A stretch of 45,917 nt of DNA, taken from the NCBI GenBank assembly GCA_035502295.1, contig DATJUL010000274.1, positions 1 to 45,917 of the forward strand. The letters are read 5' to 3'. The notes beneath the pieces were generated by a model. That model ran no database searches, was not told where the DNA came from, and saw nothing but the letters and a program-made list of their open reading frames with translations. The position numbers were made by a program, and so were the translations under genes. Of this stretch, positions 29,414 through 38,573 are shown one piece after another (position 1 is the stretch's first letter; every line of letters begins with the position of its first letter). The DNA comes from Stellaceae bacterium (GTDB lineage: Bacteria; Pseudomonadota; Alphaproteobacteria; ATCC43930; CGMCC-115725).

Positions 29414-29420
29414 GCAAGCG

Positions 29421-32291
29421 ATGGGCCCCGCCTCCGAAGCCTCAGCGGGCGTCGCGTTTGGGCGTTTCCGCGTGTTCCCGCACCGCCGTGAGCTGCTTGC
29501 CGACGGCCGGCCGGTGAAGCTCGGCGGGCGTGCCTTCGACGTGCTGATGGCGCTGATCGAGGCGCGCGGTGCCGTTCTCGGCAAGGATGCGCTGATGGCG
29601 CGCGTTTGGCCCGATCGGGTTGTCGAGGAAAACAATCTACAATCCCAGATCGTGGCCTTGCGCAGAGTCTTCGGCGCGGAGCGCGAGTTGATCCGCACCG
29701 TTTCCGGACGGGGTTACCAGTTCACCGGTGACGCCCGTATCCTACGACAGCTTGCGGACGATCACGTTCGTGCCGCGCTGGTTCCTGCGCAGCTGGGTTC
29801 GACACTGCCGCTGACCAACCTGCCGCACGCGGTTTCCGCGCTGATCGGCCGGGACGAGGAGCTCGGCGAGATCCTGAACTTGGCCGCTGCGCACCGGCTC
29901 GTCACGCTGACGGGCGCCGGCGGCATCGGCAAGACACGGCTTGCCCTTGCATTGGCTCGCGAGCTGCTGCCGCATTTTGCCGACGGGGTCTGGGTCGCCG
30001 AGTTGTCGTCGCTCGCCGATCCCGGGCTGGTTCCCGCCACGGTCGCCGCCGCAGTCGGGCTGGAGCTCGGGGGCCGCGAGGCTTCGCCGCAGCGTGTGGC
30101 GCAGGCGCTCGCCGCGAAGCGGCTGTTGGTGGTCTTCGACACTTGTGAGCATGTGATCGCCGCCGCGAGCGCGCTGGCCGAGGCCGTGTTGCGGGCCGGT
30201 TCGGCGGCGTGCATCATCGCGACCAGTCGCGAATCCCTCCGGGCAGAGGGCGAGTGGATCTATCCGTTGCCGCCGCTCACCGTGCCGGCGGAAGATCCCG
30301 CGGAAGCGGACGATCCGCAGCGCTACGCCGCGGTTCGCCTGTTCCTCGATAGGGCGCGGGCGGCGGAACCGCGTTTTGCGCCGGACCGGCACGCTATCTC
30401 GACGATCGCGGCAATCTGCCGGCGGCTCGACGGGATCCCGCTGGCTATTGAGCTGGCGGCGGCGCGGGCCGCTGCGCTCGGCATCGAGGAGCTTGCCGCC
30501 CGACTCGGCGATCGCTTCCGGCTGCTTACCGGCGGCCGGCGTACGGCGCTGCCGCGGCACCAGACGTTGCGGGCGACGCACGATTGGAGCTACGAGCTGC
30601 TGCTCGAGCCCGAACGGGTGATCCTGCGCCACCTGGCGGTCTTCGCCGGCGCTTTCAGCCTGGAGGCGGCCGGCGCGATCGCACCCGGCGCCGATTTCTC
30701 ACAGTCGGAGGTCGTCGACAGCCTCTCTAGCCTAATCGCGAAATCGCTCGTTGCGGCTGAGACCGGCACCACAATCGCGCGCTATCGCTTGCTCGACACG
30801 ACACGGGCCTACGCGCTCGAAAAGCTTGCCGAAAGCGGCAAGGCTAATGCGATCTGGCGACGCCATGCCGAATACTATCGAGACTTGCTCCAAGCCGCCG
30901 CCGACGATAAGGCGGCCATTGACGACTGGCCTGCCGTGTACGCGGCCGAGATCGACAACATTCGTGCGGCGTTGGCGTGGGCCTTCGGCTCCGGGGGCGA
31001 TGCGTCGATCGGCGTGGCGCTGGCCGCGGCTTCGGTTCCGATCTGGCTTGAGACTTCGCTACTCGGCGAGTGCCGCGGCTGGATGGAGGCAGCGATAGCC
31101 GGCCTCGATGACGCTGCGGCTTTAGCAACGCGCGACGAGATGGTGCTGCAGTGTGCCTTTGGCTACTCGCTCGTCGATACTCAGGGTTGGAGCGATAAGG
31201 CGCGCGCGGCGCTGCTAAGAGCCAGCGAGCTTGCAGATAGCTTTCAGGACATCGACTATCAAGTGCGAACACTTGCCGGTCTGGCTATTCTTTGCACTCG
31301 AGCCGAAGACTACCAGGCTGCCCTTACTCTCGGTCGCCGAGCCGAGGCGATTATCGCGGGTTCTGTCGACCCGATCGCTGTTTCGATAGCGGACTGGATG
31401 CTCGGTGTCGCGCTTCATTTGCTGGGCGATTATGCCGAGGCGTTGGCCCACGCCCAGCGCGCAACCGACACAACTGCTGCATCTTTCGTGCGACGAAGCC
31501 ATATCGTGCGCCTGGGGAGGGACAGTTTCATTTTGTCCCGTGGCACTGTGGCGCTCATTCTTTGGGCGCAGGGCCTGCCCGACCAATCGGCCCAAACCGC
31601 GCGGGAAGCTCTGGCCGATGCCGAGGTCGGGGAATCTTCTCTGTCGCGATGTCTCGCGCTGACTTGGTGCGGATGCGTGGTTTCGCTCTGGCTCGGGGAT
31701 ATCGAGACCGCCGAACGTTCGACTGCTTTGCTGAAAGATCTGGCTGGGAAATACGACTTGAGCAGCTACTATGCTTATAGTCTCTGCTTTGAAGGTCAGC
31801 TGTCCGCCAGACGCGGCGATGTCGCGGACGCCGAACGGATGCTTCGCGCGGGTCTCGCTGGATTGCGCCGTGCCCAATCTGAGGGCCACTATACAGCATT
31901 CCTCGGCGACCTGGCCGAGATTCTGATGATGTCGGGTCAGCTCGGCGAGAGCCTCGCCGCAGCCGACGAGGCGCTACAGCGGACCGAACGCAGCAATGCG
32001 CTCTGGTGGATGCCCGAAGCGCTTCGCATCAAGGGCGAAGTCCTACTCGTGTGCAATGGCGATGGAGGCGCGGCGGAAGACCATTTCCTCCGATCGCTGG
32101 ACCTGGCACATCGGCAGGGGGCTCTGTCCTGGGAGTTACGCGCTGCCGCGAGCCTAGCTCGGCTGCTGCGTAGTCAGGGCCGTTCCGCGGATGCGATAGC
32201 TTTACTCCAGCCGGTCTACGACCGGTTCACCGAGGGGTTCGAGACGGCCGATCTCAAAGCCGCAAAAGCGCTTCTCGGCGCTCTGCGATAG
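29421..32291 (+). CDS. winged-helix (OmpR/CadC-type) - NB-ARC/STAND P-loop NTPase - TPR transcriptional regulator, paralogue 1
   Basis: 956 aa from MGPASEASAGVAFGRFRV. wHTH FGRFRVFPHRRELLADGRPVKLGGRAFDVLMALIE...IRTVSGRGYQF. Walker A GAGGIGKTRLA, Walker B-like LLVVFDTCEHV, and a GIPLAIELAAAR motif. The C-terminal half is helical-repeat and ends YDRFTEGFETADLKAAKALL. The ORF track starts at 29289, but paralogues 2 and 3 begin at the equivalent Met. Confidence 0.88.
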   Translation: MGPASEASAGVAFGRFRVFPHRRELLADGRPVKLGGRAFDVLMALIEARGAVLGKDALMARVWPDRVVEENNLQSQIVALRRVFGAERELIRTVSGRGYQFTGDARILRQLADDHVRAALVPAQLGSTLPLTNLPHAVSALIGRDEELGEILNLAAAHRLVTLTGAGGIGKTRLALALARELLPHFADGVWVAELSSLADPGLVPATVAAAVGLELGGREASPQRVAQALAAKRLLVVFDTCEHVIAAASALAEAVLRAGSAACIIATSRESLRAEGEWIYPLPPLTVPAEDPAEADDPQRYAAVRLFLDRARAAEPRFAPDRHAISTIAAICRRLDGIPLAIELAAARAAALGIEELAARLGDRFRLLTGGRRTALPRHQTLRATHDWSYELLLEPERVILRHLAVFAGAFSLEAAGAIAPGADFSQSEVVDSLSSLIAKSLVAAETGTTIARYRLLDTTRAYALEKLAESGKANAIWRRHAEYYRDLLQAAADDKAAIDDWPAVYAAEIDNIRAALAWAFGSGGDASIGVALAAASVPIWLETSLLGECRGWMEAAIAGLDDAAALATRDEMVLQCAFGYSLVDTQGWSDKARAALLRASELADSFQDIDYQVRTLAGLAILCTRAEDYQAALTLGRRAEAIIAGSVDPIAVSIADWMLGVALHLLGDYAEALAHAQRATDTTAASFVRRSHIVRLGRDSFILSRGTVALILWAQGLPDQSAQTAREALADAEVGESSLSRCLALTWCGCVVSLWLGDIETAERSTALLKDLAGKYDLSSYYAYSLCFEGQLSARRGDVADAERMLRAGLAGLRRAQSEGHYTAFLGDLAEILMMSGQLGESLAAADEALQRTERSNALWWMPEALRIKGEVLLVCNGDGGAAEDHFLRSLDLAHRQGALSWELRAAASLARLLRSQGRSADAIALLQPVYDRFTEGFETADLKAAKALLGALR

Positions 32292-32360
32292 CTCGACGCC
32301 TGGCGGCAATGTTCTCGCCGGAGACCGCGGAATGACGGCGAAAGCGAAATCGGGCAATCG

Positions 32361-35231
32361 ATGAATTCGGCTTCCGAAGCACCGGCAGCCGTCGTGTTTG
32401 GGCGTTTCCGCGTGTTGCCGCAGCGCCGCGAGCTGATCGCCGACGGCGAGCCTGTCAAGCTCGGCGGCCGCGCATTTGACGTGCTGATGGCGCTGATCGA
32501 GGCGCGCGGCGCGATCGTCTCCAAGCATGCACTGATGGCGCGCGTGTGGCCCGGCCGGATCGTAGAAGAAAACACGCTGCAATCCCAGATTGTGGCGTTG
32601 CGCCGCGTGTTGGGGGCGGACCGCGACCTGATCCGTACGGTCTCCGGGCGGGGCTACCAGTTCACCGGCGAGATCTGGACCGTGTCGGCAAGCGCCGACG
32701 AAGAAGCCAGCGACGCAGCGGCGACGTCCGAGACGACATCGCAGCCGTCGAACTTGCCGCTATCGGTCTCCGAACTGATCGGCCGGGACGGCGAGTTGAG
32801 CGAGATCCTGGGCCTCGCCGCCGCGCATCGGCTCGTCACGCTGACCGGCGCCGGCGGCATCGGCAAGACGCGCCTCGCCCTCGCGGCGGCGCACCGGCTG
32901 CTGCCACAATTTCCCGACGGGGTCTGGGTCGCCGAACTGGCGCCGCTCGCGGAACCCGGCTTCGTTCCCGCTGCCGTTGCGGCGGCGATCGGGCTCGATC
33001 TCACCGCCGGCGCAGTCTCACCCGAACGGGTCGCGAATTCGCTGAGGGAGAGACAGCTGCTGCTCGTGCTCGACAATTGCGAGCATGTGATCGCTTCCGC
33101 GGCGATGATGGCCGAGGCATTGATGCGCGTGAATCCGGCGGCGCATGTCATCGCCACGAGCCGCGAGCCGCTCAAGGCCGACGGGGAATGGATCTATTCA
33201 GTGCCGCCGCTCGCCGTGCCGCCAGGAGATGCCGAGGCAGCGCACGACCCGCTACGGTACGGCGCCATTCAACTGTTCGTGGAAAGGGCGCGGGCCGCGG
33301 AGCCGCACTTTGCACCCGACCCCCGCCGAATGGCGATCATCGCGGCGATCTGCCGACGGCTCGACGGCATCCCGCTGGCGATCGAGCTGGCGGCGACGCG
33401 CGCCGCTGCGCTCGGCATCGAGGCGCTTGCCGCCCGCCTCGACGATCGCTTCCAGCTGCTGACCGGCGGGCGGCGGATGGCATTGCCGCGGCACCAGACG
33501 TTGCGGGCGACGCTCGACTGGAGCTACGAGCTGCTCTCCGAGCCCGAACGCGTCATCCTGCGCCGCCTGGCGGTTTTCGTCGGCGCCTTCAGCCTGGAGG
33601 CAGCCAGCGCGGTCACGGCGAGCCCCGAGATCACGCAACCGGAGGTCGTCGACTACCTTTCCAGTCTGGTCGCGAAATCGCTCGTCGGTACCGAGATCGA
33701 CGGTGCCGTCACGCGCTACCGCTTACTCGACACGACGCGGGCCTACGCACTCGAAAAACTGGGCGATAGCGGCGAGCTGCAAGTGGTCGCGCGACGCCAC
33801 GCCCACTACTGCCGCGATCTATTTGAGCGGGCCGAAACCGAATCGGAGGTGCAGCCCGTAACCGAATGGCTTTCCGGTTACGGACGCGAGATCGACAATC
33901 TGCGCGCGGCGGTCGATTGGGCTTTATCGCCAGACGGTGACGCGTCGATCGGCGTCGCCTTAACGGCCGCCGCGGTGCCCCTATGGATGCAATTATCGCT
34001 GCTGGAGGAGTGCCGCGGCAATGTAGAGCGAGCGCTCGCCGCCGTCGAAACCGGCGGCCATCGGCATCCACGCCGGGAAATGAAGCTCCACGCCGCATTG
34101 GGTTCATCGCTGGCGTCTTCCAGGGGAACGGTTCCTGAAATCGCCGCAGCTTGGTCGAAGGCGCTCGAGATTGCGCAGAGCCTTGACGATGCTGGGTACC
34201 AATTACGTTCGCTTTGGGGGCTGTGGCTGTTTCACAGCACCAGCAGTCAGCATCGCGCCGCTCTGGCGCTGGCGCAAAGATTCAGCAGCGTGGCGGCGCA
34301 GAGCCACGACCCGAATGATCGGCTGGTTGGTGAGGGAATGCTCGGCGTCTCGCGACATTTCTTGGGCGATCAGTCCACTGCGCGGCACCACATCGAGCGC
34401 ATGCTTAGCAGCTATCTTGTCCCCAATGAGCGGCTGCACATAATTCGCTTCCAGACCGACCAGCGGGTGGTGGGGCGCGCCTTCCTAACGCGGATCCTAT
34501 GGCTGGAGGGATACGCGGATCAGGCGATGCGCGCCGTCCGCACCGGCGTCGAAGCGGCGCGCGCTACCGACCATGCCGTGTCGCTGTGTTACTTTTTGGT
34601 GCGGGCGGCATGCCCGATCGCGCTTTTGGTCGGCGATTTGGCCGCGGCTGAAATTTACGTAGAAATGCTGCTCGACCACTCGAAAAGGCATGCGCTGGCG
34701 CTTTGGCACGCGTTTGGCCGCAGCTATCAGGGTGTGCTCATAATCCGCCGCGGGGATACTGCCGCAGGATTGCGGGTGCTGCATGCCGGCCTGAATGAAC
34801 TCGGCAACGCCAAGTACGCGGCCTTGCGGCTTGTCAGCTTCTTTGTTGCGGGAGCCTTGGCTCGTGCCGGGCAGATCATCGACGGGTTGACCATAATCGA
34901 GGAGGCGGTCGCTCGCTCTCAGGCCACCGAAGAGCGCTGGCTGATCGCCGAATTGCTGCGCCTGAAAGGCGACCTTCTTTTGTTGCAGGGCGCGCTAGAA
35001 ACCGCGGCCGAGGCCGAAATTCTTTTCCGGCAGGCGCTCGACTGGGCGCGCCGGCAAGGCGCGCTGTCCTGGGAACTGCGCGGCGCCACGAGCCTCGCGC
35101 GGCTGCTTCGCGATCGAGGCCGTTCCGCCGAGGCGACGGCGCTCCTCCAGCCGGTCTACGACCGGTTTACCGAGGGATTCGACACGGCCGATCTCAAAGC
35201 CGCAAAGGCGCTGCTCGACGCTCTTCGATAG
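32361..35231 (+). CDS. winged-helix - NB-ARC/STAND NTPase - TPR transcriptional regulator, paralogue 2
   Basis: 956-aa ORF with the same architecture: GAGGIGKTRLA, LLLVLDNCEHV, GIPLAIELAATR and a C-terminal YDRFTEGFDTADLKAAKALL. Confidence 0.9.
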   Translation: MNSASEAPAAVVFGRFRVLPQRRELIADGEPVKLGGRAFDVLMALIEARGAIVSKHALMARVWPGRIVEENTLQSQIVALRRVLGADRDLIRTVSGRGYQFTGEIWTVSASADEEASDAAATSETTSQPSNLPLSVSELIGRDGELSEILGLAAAHRLVTLTGAGGIGKTRLALAAAHRLLPQFPDGVWVAELAPLAEPGFVPAAVAAAIGLDLTAGAVSPERVANSLRERQLLLVLDNCEHVIASAAMMAEALMRVNPAAHVIATSREPLKADGEWIYSVPPLAVPPGDAEAAHDPLRYGAIQLFVERARAAEPHFAPDPRRMAIIAAICRRLDGIPLAIELAATRAAALGIEALAARLDDRFQLLTGGRRMALPRHQTLRATLDWSYELLSEPERVILRRLAVFVGAFSLEAASAVTASPEITQPEVVDYLSSLVAKSLVGTEIDGAVTRYRLLDTTRAYALEKLGDSGELQVVARRHAHYCRDLFERAETESEVQPVTEWLSGYGREIDNLRAAVDWALSPDGDASIGVALTAAAVPLWMQLSLLEECRGNVERALAAVETGGHRHPRREMKLHAALGSSLASSRGTVPEIAAAWSKALEIAQSLDDAGYQLRSLWGLWLFHSTSSQHRAALALAQRFSSVAAQSHDPNDRLVGEGMLGVSRHFLGDQSTARHHIERMLSSYLVPNERLHIIRFQTDQRVVGRAFLTRILWLEGYADQAMRAVRTGVEAARATDHAVSLCYFLVRAACPIALLVGDLAAAEIYVEMLLDHSKRHALALWHAFGRSYQGVLIIRRGDTAAGLRVLHAGLNELGNAKYAALRLVSFFVAGALARAGQIIDGLTIIEEAVARSQATEERWLIAELLRLKGDLLLLQGALETAAEAEILFRQALDWARRQGALSWELRGATSLARLLRDRGRSAEATALLQPVYDRFTEGFDTADLKAAKALLDALR

Positions 35232-35315
35232 TCGGCTGCCGCCGCAAGTTGTTGGCAACGTTTTTTTCTGGAGACGAATGGTGGCGAAGGCAAAATCGGT
35301 TTGTGACGGTGATCG

Positions 35316-38195
35316 ATGAATTCGGTTTCCGAACCACCTTCGGCCACAGCTTTCGGGCGTTTCCTCCTGTCGCCGCAGCGCCGCGAACTGCTCGCCAACG
35401 GCCGGCCGCTGAAGCTCGGTGGCCGCGCCTTTGACGTGCTGCTGGCGCTGCTCGAGGCTCGCGGCGCCGTCGTCTCCAAGGACGCGCTGATGGCGCGCGT
35501 CTGGCCCGACCGGATCGTCGAGGAAAACGCGCTGCAATCCCAGATCTCGGCGTTGCGCGCTGCGTTGGGCGCCGACCGCGAGTTGATCCGCACGGTGTCC
35601 GGGCGCGGATATCAGTTCACCGGCGGGATCCGCGTTCTGCCGGCCATTTCCGATGAGCGCGCCGGCGCCGGTATGGCAATGACCGAGCGCAAAGCGACGC
35701 CTCCGCCGACAAACTTGCCGCAGCCGGTTTCCGAGCTGATCGGTCGGGACGAGGAGCTTGCCGAGGTCCTGAACCTCGTCGCCGCACATCGGCTCGTCAC
35801 GCTGACCGGCGCCGGCGGCATCGGCAAGACCCGGCTTGCCCTCGCGCTAGGACGCGAGCTGCTGTCGCATTTTTCCGATGGGGCCTGGGTCGCCGAACTG
35901 GCATCGCTGTCTGATCCCGACCTTGTCCCGGTGACTGTCGCAGCCGCGCTCGGGCTCGAATTCACGGCGGGTACGGTATCGCCCTTGGCCGTTGCAAATG
36001 CCCTCCGCTCAAAGCAGCTCGTTCTGGTGCTAGACAATTGCGAGCATGTGATCGACGCGGCAGCGTCGATGGCCGAGGCATTGTTGCGCGCCAGCCTGGC
36101 GGTACGCGTGATCGCGACCAGCCGCGAGCCGCTCCGAGCAGAGGGCGAGTGGCTTTACCCGGTACCGCCGCTCGCTGTTCCCACCGAAGGTGGCCCGGAC
36201 GGCGAGGACCCGCTTCGCTACGGTGCCGTCCGGCTGTTTGTCGAACGAGCACGCGCGGGCGCGCCACATTTTTCGCCTGGCGCGCGCGCTGCGGCCGCGA
36301 TCGGCCGAATTTGTCGTCGCCTGGACGGTATCCCGCTGGCAATTGAGCTTGCGGTGGCGCGGGTAGCGACCCTTGGGGTAGAGGGCCTTGCGGCCGGACT
36401 CGACGACCGTTTCCGCCTCCTCGCGGGGGGCCGCAGGACCGCACTGCCGCGGCACCAGACCTTGCGGGCGACGCTCGACTGGAGCTACGAGCTGCTCACC
36501 GAGGCCGAACGCGAGATCCTGCGTCGTCTGGCGGTCTTTGCCGGCGCCTTCAGCCTGGAAGCGGCGGACGCGGTCGTGGCGAGCCTCCAAATCGCGTCGT
36601 CTGATGTCCTTAACGGCCTTTCCGATCTGGTTGCGAAATCGCTCGTCGCGATGGAGGTCGACGGCACCATCGCGCGTTACCGGCTGCTCGACACGACGCG
36701 GGGCTACGCGCTCGAAAAGCTCGGCGAGAGCGGCGAGCTTGAAGCGGCCGCGCGCCGCCACGCCGAATATTACCGCGGTGTTTTCGCACGGGCCGAAGCC
36801 GAGTGGGAGACGCGACTCATAGCCGAATGGCTGGCCGATTATGGCTCGAAGATCGACAATTTGCGGTCGGCGCTCGACTGGGCTTTTTCGCCGGGCGGCG
36901 ATCCGCCGATTGGGGTGGCGCTGACGGCTGCCGCAGTGCCCCTATGGATGCACCTGTCCCTGATGGAGGAATGCCGCAGCCGCGTCGAGCGGGCGCTTTC
37001 CGCTGTCGAGCGCGGGGCCAGCCCGGACGCGCGCCGTGAGATGCAGCTCCAAATCGCATTGGGCACAACTCTTGTAAATACGACGGCTGTGACCAGCCCC
37101 GAGGTCGGCGGAGCCTGGACGAAGGCCCTCGAGCTCGCCGAGAGCCTTGACGATGCCGAGTACCAGTTGCGCTCGCTCCGGGGCCTGTGGACCTTTAACC
37201 TAAACGGCGGTCGGCATCGCGTTGCTCTGGCACTGGCGCAACGGTTTTGTACTCTGGCTGCGGACCGGACCGACCCGAACGACCGGCTGCTCGGCGAGCG
37301 CATGATCGGCGTCGCACAGTTTTACCTGGGCGATCAAGAGAACGCGCGTCGCCATATCGAACGCGTGCTCGCCGGTAGCGGCACTCCTGACGCCGGGTCA
37401 CACATCATTCGCTTTCAACTTGACCTGCGGGTGGCGGCGCGCACGTTCCTTGCGTGGATTTTGTGGCTGCAAGGATTTCCGGATCGGGCGATGCGTGCAG
37501 CCGAAAGCACCTTCGAGGACGCTCGGGCGACCGATCACGCACTCTCAATTTGTTACGCTCTGGCCCGGGCGACATTCCCGATCGCCTTGCTGGTCGGCGA
37601 TCTGGCCGCTGCGGAACATTATGTCAGGGTGCTGATCGATTATTCGACAAGGCACGCACTGGGGCACTGGCAGGCCATTGGCCGCTGCCATCAGGGAGCG
37701 CTCGCTATCAAGCGCAGCGATGTCGTCACCGGATTGCGGCTGCTGCGCGCCGGATTGGGCGAACTCGGCGAAGCCAGGTCCCCAGTCTTGCGTCTGATCG
37801 GGTTCCTGATGGGAGAAGCGTTGAGCCGTGCGGGGCAGATCGTCGACGGGCTTGCCGCGGTCGAGGAGGCGCTCGCATGGACCGAACGCAGCGAAGAACG
37901 CTGGGCGATTGCCGAGTTGCTGCGGAGCAAGGGCGAGCTTCTGCTGTTGCAGGGCGCGCCCGGAGCCGTGGCGGTGGCCGGGGAGCATTTCGGGGAAGCC
38001 CTCGAGTGGGCCCGTCGGCAAGGCGCGCTCGCCTGGGAACTGCGCGCCGGCACGAGCCTCGCCCGGCTGCTTTGCGATCAGGGGCGTTCCGCCGATGCGA
38101 AGGCGCTCCTCCAGCCTGTCTATGACCGGTTCACCGAGGGGTTCGACACGGCCGATCTCAAAGCCGCAAAAGCGCTTCTCGGCGCGCTCGTATAG
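35316..38195 (+). CDS. winged-helix - NB-ARC/STAND NTPase - TPR transcriptional regulator, paralogue 3
   Basis: 959-aa ORF with the same architecture: GAGGIGKTRLA, LVLVLDNCEHV, GIPLAIELAVAR and a C-terminal YDRFTEGFDTADLKAAKALL. Confidence 0.9.
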   Translation: MNSVSEPPSATAFGRFLLSPQRRELLANGRPLKLGGRAFDVLLALLEARGAVVSKDALMARVWPDRIVEENALQSQISALRAALGADRELIRTVSGRGYQFTGGIRVLPAISDERAGAGMAMTERKATPPPTNLPQPVSELIGRDEELAEVLNLVAAHRLVTLTGAGGIGKTRLALALGRELLSHFSDGAWVAELASLSDPDLVPVTVAAALGLEFTAGTVSPLAVANALRSKQLVLVLDNCEHVIDAAASMAEALLRASLAVRVIATSREPLRAEGEWLYPVPPLAVPTEGGPDGEDPLRYGAVRLFVERARAGAPHFSPGARAAAAIGRICRRLDGIPLAIELAVARVATLGVEGLAAGLDDRFRLLAGGRRTALPRHQTLRATLDWSYELLTEAEREILRRLAVFAGAFSLEAADAVVASLQIASSDVLNGLSDLVAKSLVAMEVDGTIARYRLLDTTRGYALEKLGESGELEAAARRHAEYYRGVFARAEAEWETRLIAEWLADYGSKIDNLRSALDWAFSPGGDPPIGVALTAAAVPLWMHLSLMEECRSRVERALSAVERGASPDARREMQLQIALGTTLVNTTAVTSPEVGGAWTKALELAESLDDAEYQLRSLRGLWTFNLNGGRHRVALALAQRFCTLAADRTDPNDRLLGERMIGVAQFYLGDQENARRHIERVLAGSGTPDAGSHIIRFQLDLRVAARTFLAWILWLQGFPDRAMRAAESTFEDARATDHALSICYALARATFPIALLVGDLAAAEHYVRVLIDYSTRHALGHWQAIGRCHQGALAIKRSDVVTGLRLLRAGLGELGEARSPVLRLIGFLMGEALSRAGQIVDGLAAVEEALAWTERSEERWAIAELLRSKGELLLLQGAPGAVAVAGEHFGEALEWARRQGALAWELRAGTSLARLLCDQGRSADAKALLQPVYDRFTEGFDTADLKAAKALLGALV

Positions 38196-38199
38196 GAGG

Positions 38200-38217
38200 C
38201 CGCTGCTCACGCAGCGG
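38200..38217 (+). terminator. candidate stem-loop terminator after paralogue 3
   Basis: ccgctgc-tcac-gcagcgg (7-bp stem, 4-nt loop) begins 5 nt after the TAG stop. The U-tract is weak (..ggttctt..). Confidence 0.3.
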
Positions 38218-38573
38218 ACGCGCGGTTCTTGACCCGCAATGCCCCGCGACTGGTCTTGCCGGCCAGCCGCAGGTGTTTCTTCGGCGAGCAATTTGCGGCG
38301 GGAGCGAACTACTTCTGCCGCCGCGCTTTGGGGTTAGTGGCGCTTTTCGGTTACTCGCCTGGCCAATTTTTACGCTCGTGTCCCATTGCTAGCCGTCTCT
38401 TGGGGGATGCGAGAAAAGCGAACGGCGGAGCCGCGCCTCCGGCAATGCCGGTGAGGGGACTTGCCGGGGCAGCCCCGGCCCATCATTCTTCGCGGGCCGA
38501 GCGGCTGATCCCCCTGACGGGGGATCGGTGAAATGAGTGCCATAATGGCACTCGATGGTTTCCGGGAGGTTTC

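Larger units (their letters stand above)
29421..38195 (+). repeat. tandem gene triplication with a unit of about 2.94-2.96 kb (starts at 29421, 32361 and 35316)
   Basis: The three genes are collinear paralogues. The short spacers before copies 2 and 3 are also homologous: ggcgaaagcgaaatcgg...atcgatgaattcgg against ggcgaaggcaaaatcgg...atcgatgaattcgg. Confidence 0.85.

Noticed and set aside
38545-38565. A sigma54 promoter suggested by TGGCAC upstream of the MalT-like gene.
   Set aside because: The required TTGC(A/T) element is absent at the correct spacing, because TGGCAC is followed by tcgatggtttcc. The hexamer is simply one arm of the inverted repeat.
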